A DNA stretch of 61,117 nucleotides, taken from assembly GCA_029879905.1 (NCBI GenBank), contig JAOUPN010000001.1:1-61117 (forward strand), given 5' to 3'. Below, in pieces: positions 1-9,624 of the stretch (position 1 is its first letter; each line of letters starts with the position of its first letter). A model generated the notes under the pieces. The model saw only the letters and a program-made list of their open reading frames with translations, ran no database searches and had not been told where the DNA came from. A program made the translations under genes and the position numbers. This DNA is from Nitrospira sp. Its GTDB lineage: Bacteria; Nitrospirota; Nitrospiria; Nitrospirales; Nitrospiraceae.

Positions 1-201
1 CGCGGTAGCGGGCTGGCGCACGGCGCACGCCTTGGCATGAAGAACATCGGAAAGCCGTGTGCGGGAAACCCGCATGCACGGTTTGATGAGGGAGGGCAGG
101 AGACGCCGACTAGGGCAGAGCTATTGAGGCACCGCCAGACGAAAGGGGCGGCAACAGATAGGCTCAACCTACGGGAGGCTGACTCCTGTTCTCTACTCTA
201 C
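1..201 (+). mobile_element. Group II intron, 3' end (end of intron-encoded ORF, domains V and VI)
   Basis: Domain V hairpin AAGCCGTGTGCG-GGAAAC-CCGCATGCACGGTTTG at about 52-85 with AGC triad. Domain VI stem GAGGGAGGGCAGGAG...CTCCTGTTCTCT(A)CTC with bulged A195. Ends in AC at 200-201. Confidence 0.9.
2..40 (+). CDS. C-terminal tip of group II intron RT/maturase (partial)
   Basis: Frame 2 reads AVAGWRTAHALA* and stops about 10 nt before domain V, where maturase ORFs usually end. Confidence 0.6.
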   Translation, partial: AVAGWRTAHALA

Positions 202-359
202 CCATACTGCTCCCCCCGCGCACCCCGCGGATTCATACAATAAGTGCAATTCGCAGGTGCGTCGGCGACTGTTGGAGACCACGTAGAGCCTGTGTGTGAA
301 TTAATCAGACCTTCCCTAGGCCTTGCATTTGGGTTGTGCGCATCTTTTCCCACATCCTG

Positions 360-1169
360 CTACAAACCCGGCCTATTATGGGCTCGTTCTGCAAGAATCC
401 GGTCCGGCACATGGCTGGTGTCCAGGGTTCGGCAGAGGGTCAGGGGGAAGACATCGCCGGATCCGGCCTTGCGGAGGGCTTTCGCACATTGGTTCACGGT
501 GGCCCCGGTGGTAAAGACATCGTCGATCAAGAGGATCCGCTTATCGGCAATCGATTGAGGATGTATGACACGAAATGCGTTACGCAGATTGTTCAGCCGC
601 TCCTCCCGCGGGAGGGATGTTTGTGCCGGCGCTGAACTGATTCGGACCAAGTCAGTGCACGACACCGGAATGCTGAGATGGCGGCCGATCCGGTCGGCAA
701 GAAGCAGCGATTGATTGAATTCTCGTTCGCGGAGACGGTCGATGTGCAGGGGAACAGGAACGATCAAATGAATGGACTCTAACGGAGGGAGGCGGTCGAT
801 TATGAGGCGGGCAAGCGGTGCAGCCAGAGAGACCTTTCCGCCGTATTTAAAGAGGCGAATGGCGTCTTGAAGGGGAGGCAAGTAGGGATAGAGGGTCCAG
901 GCCTTGGTGTATGAAGGCAGCCGTTGCCGACATGAGAGGCAGAGGTGGTGTCGGCTATGGGAGGTGGCGGCCGTTGAGAGAAAAGGATAGTCACAGCGGG
1001 GGCAACGCGAAGGGTTATGTAGAGCGATAGCACTCCAGCACTTCGAGCAAAAGTACGGAATCGGGTCGTCGGTCAAGGGGCTGGAACAGGTTGCGCATGT
1101 CACAGGCAGGAGAAATCGTACGGCTCGGCGGATGAATCTCGCCACCGGTCCGGTCAGTAATTGAGTCAT
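360..1169 (-). CDS. comF: ComF family protein (double zinc ribbon + phosphoribosyltransferase)
   Basis: CxxC pairs, REREFNQS, LLIDDVFTTGAT PRPP-binding motif. Start set at ATG 1169. Confidence 0.9.
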   Translation of the reverse strand: MTQLLTGPVARFIRRAVRFLLPVTCATCSSPLTDDPIPYFCSKCWSAIALHNPSRCPRCDYPFLSTAATSHSRHHLCLSCRQRLPSYTKAWTLYPYLPPLQDAIRLFKYGGKVSLAAPLARLIIDRLPPLESIHLIVPVPLHIDRLREREFNQSLLLADRIGRHLSIPVSCTDLVRISSAPAQTSLPREERLNNLRNAFRVIHPQSIADKRILLIDDVFTTGATVNQCAKALRKAGSGDVFPLTLCRTLDTSHVPDRILAERAHNRPGL

Positions 1170-1322
1170 CTGGTACCTCGTGTCGCTGCGGTAGGACTCT
1201 GTATAGGTAAAAGGTTGTCGGTTGCCAAGTTGTCGCATTCTGAGCGGTTGTGCTATACGGATACAGGTGTATCGTCATTGCCGCCACGGCGTATCGTCTT
1301 CGCAACAAGGGTATCTATTTGT

Positions 1323-2021
1323 ATGGTGCGGTTGACGCAACTGTCCAAGACGTATTCACGCGGTGGCGTGGCCGTGCCAGCAGTGATCGACGTCAGTCTG
1401 GAAATCCGGCGACGAGACTTTTGTGCATTTATCGGGCCGAGCGGGTGCGGGAAAAGTACCCTCCTGAATCTGATCGCGGGTTTGGATCGACCATCGTCGG
1501 GAGATGTGATACTGGATGGACGATCCACGAAGGACTTGACCAGTGCCGAATGGACAAGAATTCGGCGTGAAACCATCGGAATCGTGTTCCAAGCGTTTCA
1601 TCTGGTACATGGGTTGACGGCGGAGGAAAATGTGGCGTTGCCGCTACTATTGAGGGGAGAAGGGGGACGCGACCTCGCGAGACGAGTAGACGAAATGCTG
1701 GAGATGGTGGGGATGAGTCGGCGTCGGCACCATAGGCCTGGGGAGTTGTCCGGTGGGGAGCAGCAACGTGTCGCGATTGCCAGGGCTCTGGTACATCGCC
1801 CGAGGCTGTTACTGGCCGACGAACCGACCGGGAATATTGATTCGCATCAAGGAGCGGAGATTATGGCGCTCATCAAGACATTGGCGACGGTGGGAGAGCA
1901 GACCGTCCTGCTGGTCACCCATAGCGATCAGGCAGCGGATGCCGCCGATTATACGTGGGTCATGCAGGACGGGAGATTGGTGATGAAAACCGAACGCATG
2001 TCCGGACCGGTGCTGTCATGA
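1323..2021 (+). CDS. ABC transporter ATP-binding protein (LolD/MacB-like)
   Basis: Walker [36 protein letters not shown] switch. ATG at 1323. Confidence 0.92.
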   Translation: MVRLTQLSKTYSRGGVAVPAVIDVSLEIRRRDFCAFIGPSGCGKSTLLNLIAGLDRPSSGDVILDGRSTKDLTSAEWTRIRRETIGIVFQAFHLVHGLTAEENVALPLLLRGEGGRDLARRVDEMLEMVGMSRRRHHRPGELSGGEQQRVAIARALVHRPRLLLADEPTGNIDSHQGAEIMALIKTLATVGEQTVLLVTHSDQAADAADYTWVMQDGRLVMKTERMSGPVLS

Positions 2022-2947
2022 CGGATGTCTCGACGACGATCGCCGGCGTCAAGTTCCCCAGTTGCTTTATGAATGCGGCCGGTGCGCTCTGTGTGACGCG
2101 CGAAGAGCTGGTGTCACTGGGGCAATCGCAAGCCGGCGGGATCGTCACGAAGTCGATGACGATTGAGGCACGCCAGGGAAATCCTGAGCCGCGGTATTAT
2201 GGGTTTCCAGGCGGGTCCATCAATTCCATGGGCCTTCCCAATCTCGGGTATCGGGCCTATGCCGAGATGATTCCCGAGCTGAAACGATTCGGCAAACCGG
2301 TCGTCGCCAGTGTGTCAGGACTATGCGAAGAGGACTTTCCGGTCATTGCGGCCGCGATCAATGCGGCGCAGCCGGATCTCATCGAGGTCAATCTCTCGTG
2401 TCCCAATATTCCCGGCAAACCTCAGATCGGGTATGATCCGGAAGCCTCCGAGCGGATCATCAAGCGGGTGCGTCCTCTGATTACGGTTCCCATGGGGTTG
2501 AAGCTCCCGCCCTATTTTGATCCGGCGCATCATGCCGTGATGGGAGAAGTCATCGGGCGATGCGGGGTCGATTTCCTCAACATGATTAATTCCGTGGGCA
2601 ACGGGTTGGTCGTTGATCCTGAGCGCGAAGCCGTCGTCATTAAACCCAAAGGCGGGTTCGGCGGGCTAGGCGGAAAAATCATCAAGCCGGTGGCCTTAGC
2701 GAACGTCCGCGCCTTTTACAAATTTTTTGAAGGTAAGATTCCCATTATCGGCACGGGCGGTGTGGTCGATGGGGTGGATGCGTTCGAACACTTCTTGTGC
2801 GGCGCCTCTGCCGTTCAAGTCGGCACGGTGTTGGTGGAGGAAGGACTGGAGGTTTTCGGTCGGCTCGAAACCGAGTTGACTGAAATTCTGAAGAACAAAG
2901 GGTATCGGTCGATCGAAGACTTCCGTGGCGCGGTTAAGGAATTATAG
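2018..2947 (+). CDS. pyrD: Dihydroorotate dehydrogenase, class 1A-like
   Basis: INSMGLPN, NLSCPN (catalytic Cys), KLPPY, GGLGG, IIGTGG, VQVGT. ATGA overlap with the ABC ATPase stop. Confidence 0.92.
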   Translation: MTDVSTTIAGVKFPSCFMNAAGALCVTREELVSLGQSQAGGIVTKSMTIEARQGNPEPRYYGFPGGSINSMGLPNLGYRAYAEMIPELKRFGKPVVASVSGLCEEDFPVIAAAINAAQPDLIEVNLSCPNIPGKPQIGYDPEASERIIKRVRPLITVPMGLKLPPYFDPAHHAVMGEVIGRCGVDFLNMINSVGNGLVVDPEREAVVIKPKGGFGGLGGKIIKPVALANVRAFYKFFEGKIPIIGTGGVVDGVDAFEHFLCGASAVQVGTVLVEEGLEVFGRLETELTEILKNKGYRSIEDFRGAVKEL

Positions 2948-2949
2948 CC

Positions 2950-3228
2950 TCAGCGTCCGCCGAACGCGCGCGGCAACATGCCAAGCCGCAGTGACTGGCG
3001 GAGAAGTTGGGCGACGTTACGAACATTGAGTCGTCGCATCAGATTGAAGCGGTGGACTTCAACGGTGCGAATACTGATCCGCAACGCAGCGGCAATCTCA
3101 CGGTTGGTCTGGCCCATGGCAACCATCTTGAGGATTTGGGTTTGCCTGGGGGTCAGGTTGAGTTTCGGTTTCTGGAGTCGTTCGACTCGCTGAATCTGAA
3201 ACGCCGTATTTCCTCTGCTTCGTGTCAC
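2950..3228 (-). CDS. Stand-alone LuxR-family HTH regulator
   Basis: LTPRQTQIL...G.TNREIA..L.IS.RTVEVHR.NLMRRL. RBS AGGGAG before GTG. Confidence 0.88.
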   Translation of the reverse strand: MTRSRGNTAFQIQRVERLQKPKLNLTPRQTQILKMVAMGQTNREIAAALRISIRTVEVHRFNLMRRLNVRNVAQLLRQSLRLGMLPRAFGGR

Positions 3229-3344
3229 GGTATGCTCCCTTTGATCTGACGACTGAGTCTAGCAAGGGAGAAAAAATGTGTAAACAAAACTACCAATATG
3301 TGCAGACCATAAAATCCCTCCTCATTGCCCCTGTTTAATGCAAT

Positions 3345-5957
3345 ATGTTTCTGTTCCTAAAGATTATCAGGTTGGTTCTTGCCGCGCACGTGATGCACCG
3401 TCCATTGCGGACGATGTTGACCGTCATGGGTGTGGCGCTCGGTGTGTCCGCCTCTGTGGCGGTACGAACGGCGAATGTCGATGTGTTGCAGTCGTTCGAA
3501 CAGGCGGTGATGACCGTGGCCGGCCCGACGACGTTGGAAGTGTCCGGAGGGGAATTAGGGCTTGACGAGCATATGATTACCGCTCTCCGGAATGTGGCGG
3601 GGGTGACGTCGGCGTCGCCGATCATTCTTCAAACGGCGGTTAAAACGGGCGGCGGATCGCCTCGAGCGATACAGGTGATCGGGCTGGATCTCCTTGCTGA
3701 AAACGAATCTCGCGGGTTTTCCTTCAGCCGGGAGTCGGCGGACCGGAGACTGGAAACGATGCTGGACCCCAAGACCGTATTTCTGGGGCGTAAGGTGGCG
3801 GAGGAATGGCATCTGTCTAAGGGGGAGTCCGTTGATCTACAAGTCGGTGCCGGCATCGTGACCTGCACGATCGAAGAGATTCTAGAAGGTGCACAAGATC
3901 GGACGTCCTCGTGGGACAGTCTTGCGGTGATGGATATTGCCGCGGCTCAAGTCATGTTCGGTATGGTCGGGCGATTGGATCGGATCGATCTGGTTACGGA
4001 CGAAGGTCGTGAGATCGACGACATTGCGCGAGCGGTACGGGCTGTATTGCCTCCTGATGTCGTTGTGGAACGGCCGTCACAGCGGACCAGGCAAGTCGAG
4101 CAGATGTTGCAGGCGTTCCGGTGGAATGTGACGGCGCTGAGTTGGGTGGGGTTAGTGGTCGGGATGTTTTTGATCTACAACACCATGGCATTTGCCGTGG
4201 CTCAGCGGCGTCGCGAGATCGGCATCTATCGGGCCGTGGGCATGAGCCAATCACGTGTCGCTGTCTTGTTCTTGGCCGAAGCTGCCGTGTTGGGATTGGC
4301 GGGCGGAGTGATCGGAAGCGGGGCGGGGTTTCTGCTGGCTCAAGAGTTGGTGTCGTTGCTGAGTCAAACGATAACAGACTTGTATGCTCCTGTCGGAGGG
4401 GGGACCGGCCATATCCTCGAATCCGAGTGGTTCTGGACCTTATCGTCCGAAGGGATATTGATCGGGTGTCTCGTGTCCATGCTCGGTGCGATCGGACCCA
4501 GTGTGGATGCGGGACGGACGGCGCCGGCCCGCGCATTGGCCCCCGGCGATTACGAAGCCGGGAGACGGCTTGGTGTCGGCGTCTTAAGCCTGGCAGGGAT
4601 GGGGTTGCTTGTCCTCACGGGACTGTTCAGTTCTGCGGGGCCTATCGGCGGAGTTCCTGTCTTCGGCTATGCTGCGACCCTCTCCCTCTTGGCCGGTTTG
4701 TCGTGTCTGGCTCCGATATGTATTACCGGTCGGCGGCACAAGGGGAAGACACAAGCCCTCAATGCCGACATGCAGGGGGTGATGCGGGAGATTGCAGTTG
4801 ATCATGCGTCACGCAATCCTGGCCGAAACGGGGTGACAGTCTCAGCCTTGATGGTGGGGTTGGCCATTATGATCGGCGTTCTCGTCATGGTCAGAAGTTT
4901 TCGGCATACGGTGGAAGTGTGGGTGGCCGATACCGTGATTGCGGACGTCGTGGTCGCTCCGTCGCTCTGGTTGCGTGGGACGGAGGCGGGAAGCGTCGGC
5001 AGAAGTCTTCCGGGTTCCTGGTCAACAGCGCTGTCCTCTGTCCCCGAAGTCGAGGCCGTCGACACCTATCGCGATATTCGTGTCACCGTACATGGACAGC
5101 GCGTGGCGATTGTGTCACGTGATTTGCGGTTGCATGCCAAGTTGAGTCGATACTTGATGCGTCATGGCGACTCATCGGAACAGCTCATCCGCGCGGCGGA
5201 CAGCGGCGGTCTCTTGGTTTCGGAGATCCTGACGGACCGCCTAGGGGTCCAGGAAGGGGATAGCCTGGAGATTCTCACTCCTGAAGGTCCCCGACGTTTT
5301 CCGATCGTCGCCGTATTCTATGATTATGCGACCGACGGCGGGAAAATTCTGATGGATCGTGAGCTCTATCGATCGATCTGGCATGACGATCTGGTGACGG
5401 TCTTCCCTGTCTACTTGGCGGCAGGGGCGGATCTCGATCGCGCCAGAATGAATATGGCGGAACAACTGAATAAGGCCGGAGGCGGACGGCTTCCGCCGCT
5501 GTTGATCAGTAACGCCGAATTGCGGAAGGAAATTCTTGACATCTTCGACCGGACGTTTCTCTTGACCTATGTGCTCGAAGCGATCGCCGTCATTATCGCC
5601 ATGCTTGGTATCATCAATACCCTTGTGACGTCGGTGTTGGAACGGCGTAGGGAGTTCGCCACCCTACGTGCTATCGGCGGCAGCGCCGGCCAAATTCGGC
5701 AGCTGGTCCTCTGGGAGGCGGCTTACTTGGGTGTGGTCGGTATCGGGCTTGGCCTGGTCGGTGGCGGTGCACTGTCGCTCCTCCTGATTAAAGTCATCAA
5801 TAAGCAATCATTCGGTTGGACCATCCAGATGATCGTGCCGTTCGGCAGTCTTGTGCAGGCAATCGGGTTGGCTGCGGTTGCGACCGTACTTGCGGGATAC
5901 TTTCCCGCGCGGTGGGCCGCCGAACAGCCGGTCGCAGAAGGACTAAGGGAGGAGTAG
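3345..5957 (+). CDS. ABC transporter permease (duplicated MacB_PCD/FtsX domains)
   Basis: 870 aa. Two FtsX-type motifs (QRRREIGIYRAVG, ERRREFATLRAIG) and multiple TM helices. Confidence 0.9.
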   Translation: MFLFLKIIRLVLAAHVMHRPLRTMLTVMGVALGVSASVAVRTANVDVLQSFEQAVMTVAGPTTLEVSGGELGLDEHMITALRNVAGVTSASPIILQTAVKTGGGSPRAIQVIGLDLLAENESRGFSFSRESADRRLETMLDPKTVFLGRKVAEEWHLSKGESVDLQVGAGIVTCTIEEILEGAQDRTSSWDSLAVMDIAAAQVMFGMVGRLDRIDLVTDEGREIDDIARAVRAVLPPDVVVERPSQRTRQVEQMLQAFRWNVTALSWVGLVVGMFLIYNTMAFAVAQRRREIGIYRAVGMSQSRVAVLFLAEAAVLGLAGGVIGSGAGFLLAQELVSLLSQTITDLYAPVGGGTGHILESEWFWTLSSEGILIGCLVSMLGAIGPSVDAGRTAPARALAPGDYEAGRRLGVGVLSLAGMGLLVLTGLFSSAGPIGGVPVFGYAATLSLLAGLSCLAPICITGRRHKGKTQALNADMQGVMREIAVDHASRNPGRNGVTVSALMVGLAIMIGVLVMVRSFRHTVEVWVADTVIADVVVAPSLWLRGTEAGSVGRSLPGSWSTALSSVPEVEAVDTYRDIRVTVHGQRVAIVSRDLRLHAKLSRYLMRHGDSSEQLIRAADSGGLLVSEILTDRLGVQEGDSLEILTPEGPRRFPIVAVFYDYATDGGKILMDRELYRSIWHDDLVTVFPVYLAAGADLDRARMNMAEQLNKAGGGRLPPLLISNAELRKEILDIFDRTFLLTYVLEAIAVIIAMLGIINTLVTSVLERRREFATLRAIGGSAGQIRQLVLWEAAYLGVVGIGLGLVGGGALSLLLIKVINKQSFGWTIQMIVPFGSLVQAIGLAAVATVLAGYFPARWAAEQPVAEGLREE

Positions 5958-5968
5958 CACGCGTCGCG

Positions 5969-6949
5969 TCATGAGACGACTGTGGCGAGACAGCACTGTT
6001 TGTACTTCTTCCCGCTGCCGCAAGGACAGGGCTGATTGCGACGAAGACCACCATGCGTTCTGGGAGCGAGGGAAAGCAGTGATCGTGTGTCCTGGTGGAA
6101 CAGTTTGCGCATGAGGGCATACAAGGCCGGATCACGTTGTTCCAGTGAGGCGGGTGACGTGAAAAAATATTCGGCCAACACCGCAAAGTATTCATGTTCG
6201 TTTGTATAGGCATAGGGATCCACGAAGGTCTTTCGCCCTGTCGGATGATCGAGTTCCCTCGCGACATAATGTACCCACTGCCGTACCGCCGGCCATGGCA
6301 CTTCAGGAGGGAGTCCATATTCTTGCTCCTCCCGTTCAATGAGATGAGCGAACTCGTGCACGCCGACGTGGTGATGTCCTGACGGATGATCGAAGCCTGC
6401 CAATAAAGCCGGTTTTGACAGAATCATCACGCCGCTCAAGTGATGCAATCCTGCCATGCCCAAGATGGCCGTGTCCTTTTCTCCTGTCGTGCGATAGGTC
6501 TCATTGAAGGCATCCGGATAGATCAGTACTTCGCGCAGACGATGGTAGGTCCAATCGTGAAACCCGAAGATCGGAATCACCGCACTTGCCGCAACAAGTA
6601 ACCGGACCGTGTCATCCACCTCCGTGCGAATGCCGATGATCCCGACCTCGTCTATGAAAATCTTGATCAGTTGCTGGAAGCGCACCCGGTTTGCATCGCC
6701 CAGGGCCCGATAGAACGCCACGTGGCTCAATAAAATCGTCTCCCAGGCGGACGGAAATGGTTGGGCCATGATCGTCAGCCGCCTGAGGCATCGGCGGCGT
6801 ACCCACCGGTAGGTCAGGGGACTGAGGACGATCAAGAGCCAGAGTGGCGAGATCAGCCAACCCAGCCACGCAGCAGCCAGCGCGACTAGCCCTGCAGCCA
6901 CCCACGCTTCTCGACGATTACGGACATTGATGTCCGGCGTCACCAGCAT
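5969..6949 (-). CDS. M90 (MtfA-like) zinc peptidase with C-terminal SEC-C motif
   Basis: N-terminal TM, HEFAH, YAYTNEHEYFAV..E.FF, RNQPCPCGSGKKYKQCC. Confidence 0.85.
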   Translation of the reverse strand: MLVTPDINVRNRREAWVAAGLVALAAAWLGWLISPLWLLIVLSPLTYRWVRRRCLRRLTIMAQPFPSAWETILLSHVAFYRALGDANRVRFQQLIKIFIDEVGIIGIRTEVDDTVRLLVAASAVIPIFGFHDWTYHRLREVLIYPDAFNETYRTTGEKDTAILGMAGLHHLSGVMILSKPALLAGFDHPSGHHHVGVHEFAHLIEREEQEYGLPPEVPWPAVRQWVHYVARELDHPTGRKTFVDPYAYTNEHEYFAVLAEYFFTSPASLEQRDPALYALMRKLFHQDTRSLLSLAPRTHGGLRRNQPCPCGSGKKYKQCCLATVVS

Positions 6950-7029
6950 AAGGCTACTCTCCTGGTCCTGCCCGACTCTTCACGCAGTGTAGTGCGAAAT
7001 CGACGGATGTGATGCACAATGGGCCGAAC

Positions 7030-7716
7030 CTATCTCCGGAGGAAACCGATCCAGCGCCACAAATTCAGCAGACTGGCAAGAGAGGCCGCGACGTAAGTCA
7101 GCGCGGCTGCGGTGAGGATGCTCCGAGCTCCCTGTTCATCCTCAGGTCCAAGGTATTGGCCTTGCCGGAGAATGGGAAGGGCACGTCTGAAGCTGGCGTC
7201 CCATTCGACCGGAAGTGTGAGCAGGTGAACGAGCGTGGAAATCCCCATCGTCGCCAATCCGGCTGCCATGACGACGATACTTGCGGCGGGGGTACGAGCG
7301 ATTGCCGCTGCGATCGGAATCCCCATCATGAGGACCGCACCGACCTTTTCAGCTCCCTGTGCGACTCGCACAAGCTTTGTACGCTCTGCCAGCGGCCGGT
7401 AGCCCAGATGGTCTTGAATAGCATGTCCGACCTCGTGGGCGGCCACCGTAATCGCCGTGAGGGATTTCCCGTCGAATATTGCGGGCATCAGACGGACCGA
7501 TTTGACAAGGGGATCGTAGTGATCTCCCTTCTCGGTTATTTCGACCGTCACGTGTTGCAGGTCGAATCGATTCAGGAGGTGTCGGGCCAATTGTCCCCCG
7601 GTTCCCGGATAGTCTGGACGAGGCGCACTATGCTTGGAAAATACCCGTCTGGTCCAGAGTTGTGGACCGAGAATGACCGCACCGACGATGATCAATAGTA
7701 GAACGGCACGTACCAT
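7030..7716 (-). CDS. YugP-like membrane zinc metallopeptidase
   Basis: DHYDP, VAAHEVGHAIQ, TLPVEWDAS.RA, AAALTYVA. ATG 7716 with GGAAGGGAG RBS. Confidence 0.9.
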   Translation of the reverse strand: MVRAVLLLIIVGAVILGPQLWTRRVFSKHSAPRPDYPGTGGQLARHLLNRFDLQHVTVEITEKGDHYDPLVKSVRLMPAIFDGKSLTAITVAAHEVGHAIQDHLGYRPLAERTKLVRVAQGAEKVGAVLMMGIPIAAAIARTPAASIVVMAAGLATMGISTLVHLLTLPVEWDASFRRALPILRQGQYLGPEDEQGARSILTAAALTYVAASLASLLNLWRWIGFLRR

Positions 7717-8054
7717 GACTCGTGATCTCCCTTCCACTCCTGTCCTGTGATGTGCCGGGCTTGGGCGATGAGTCCACAGGACCAGGGGAGTCTTGCTCCA
7801 CACAAGCTAACACAATTCATGATGGAAGTAGTCCTGTTGTATCGCCTCTCGGCTGTTCTTTGTGAGGAGGGGAATTGTCCAATTTGGGGTGAGACGGTGT
7901 GTTCGATGAGATATTTTTCATGTTGTATTAATGCGCTCCTCATGTTGCGGGATTATGGTGAATCTCATGGGTGCTGAGCCATCGGCGCCTAAGGAGGGCC
8001 GTGGATGGCGGACAAATCCATAATAGGGAACTGTAGCCGTAGGGAGGGCCACGC

Positions 8055-8393
8055 ATGAAACAACTTGCTGTCTCGACATTGCCTGTGAACGCCGACATGA
8101 ACCGATTGTCCCCGAACCATTTCTGGGAGTTAGCCGCAAGACTGCTCACGTTTCGTGCGGATCGGTGGAAACGGCGTGCGCTCTTTTATAGACGGTATCG
8201 TGAGTATTTCCCGCATATGTCGACAAGCAGATTTGTGGAGCGTTGTCTGGAGTTGGACATAAGATATCGGAGAATGGCTGACCTCTTGTCCACCATGTCG
8301 AGGCAGGGGCGGATGATGACGGTACCAGAGATGGTTGTGCGCAGAAAGCCTCGCCGGGCGGCGGTGCTGCCGCCTCGTCCGGCACTTGTCTGA
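8055..8393 (+). CDS. Hypothetical Arg-rich protein
   Basis: 112 aa ORF with GGGAGGG RBS, filling the intergenic gap. Confidence 0.5.
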   Translation: MKQLAVSTLPVNADMNRLSPNHFWELAARLLTFRADRWKRRALFYRRYREYFPHMSTSRFVERCLELDIRYRRMADLLSTMSRQGRMMTVPEMVVRRKPRRAAVLPPRPALV

Positions 8394-8446
8394 CTGCCGT
8401 CAGACTCGTACGAAGGTACGGCAGGCTTGTGTGTCACTCGTACGAG

Positions 8447-9310
8447 TTAAGCTGCCAACGGCATGGGGTAAATATAGGCGAGTGTTTCCTGGAGTTTGGT
8501 TTGAGCTTCTTTGAGCAGCGCCGGACGGTCGTCGGGATTGATTCGGGTGTGGGAAAGCGCAGACGGATCACAAGGGGCCCATTGCTTTTGCTGTCGAGGA
8601 TCTAGTTCGGCATGATCGGCAATGTTGCCGGCCACATGGACAATGGAGGCATTCAATGCAAAGTCGCCGGCGGCATCCGGGTTCAGTTGGTGACGGACTG
8701 CGTGCTCGATAGAAGCGGGCATGTCCCAGAATCGAAGGAGTTCCGCCCCGACTTCGGTAAAATCGCACCCGATACTGGCTTGCTCCACTTCAGCAAGTGA
8801 AGTCCCAAGGTATGAAGCTTCTATCATGGCGGATTGTGCAAGTTTGGGAGTGGCCTGATAGAGCACAAGGTGGCCGATATCTCGCATCAGACCTTCCACA
8901 AAAAACCGTTCGCTGTCGTCGATTCCGCTCATTTTGGCAAGTTTCCCTGCCAAAATGGCGCAGAGCACGCTTTTGCGCCAGAAGGCTTCAAGATCCACAA
9001 GTTCCGCGGTCATCCCCGTGAATCTGCGCCCGATCGTCGTCGCTGCCACCAAGTCACTGATGGATTGCATGCCCATCAAATTCACCGCCCGACTGATGTT
9101 CTCGACCTGTTTTGGAAGTCCGTAGAGTGGACTATTGACGATTTTCAGAAGGCGTGCGGAGATCGCCGGGTCAAGTTTCAGCGCATTGGTCAGATCGTCT
9201 ACGGTTGAGGCGGGGTCATCGACGATATCACGCACGTGGGTATAGATTTCCGGAAGCGTAAAGACTGTTGAGCAGGACTGAACAAGTTCGTGTGCCGACG
9301 CCATAAGCAC
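8447..9310 (-). CDS. HDOD domain protein
   Basis: TLPEIY, DPAISARLLKIVNSPLYG, FWRKS, GLMRDIGHLVL, GAELLRFW..P. GGAGGAGG RBS. Confidence 0.9.
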   Translation of the reverse strand: MLMASAHELVQSCSTVFTLPEIYTHVRDIVDDPASTVDDLTNALKLDPAISARLLKIVNSPLYGLPKQVENISRAVNLMGMQSISDLVAATTIGRRFTGMTAELVDLEAFWRKSVLCAILAGKLAKMSGIDDSERFFVEGLMRDIGHLVLYQATPKLAQSAMIEASYLGTSLAEVEQASIGCDFTEVGAELLRFWDMPASIEHAVRHQLNPDAAGDFALNASIVHVAGNIADHAELDPRQQKQWAPCDPSALSHTRINPDDRPALLKEAQTKLQETLAYIYPMPLAA

Positions 9311-9624
9311 CCCTCCTCCGAATGCTGATCACCCGTTCCGTCAATGAGAGCTTGACCTGGCTGTATCGGTTAGGAGCCGCGTGAACCCAAGAGGATGTTC
9401 ACCTCCATTTCTCCTTGTCACTGAGTAAGGGTATCAGATTTTCCCTAGACTGCAGAAAATACCGAGTCAGACGATCTCATACGAACGCATGAGAAAATTA
9501 TCGTGGAATTATCAGAGGTTCGGTGAACCCCCTCGGCAAGCTTTTGGGCACGTATCTTGAGATGTGTATCTTGAGAAAGGGCAGATGACGTCGGTAGGCA
9601 CAGGATCTGAGAGGATGCGAGGCC

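Noticed and set aside
37-243. 68-aa ORF (GKPCAGNPHARFDEG)
   Set aside because: It is the translation of group II intron domains V and VI, a common spurious ORF.
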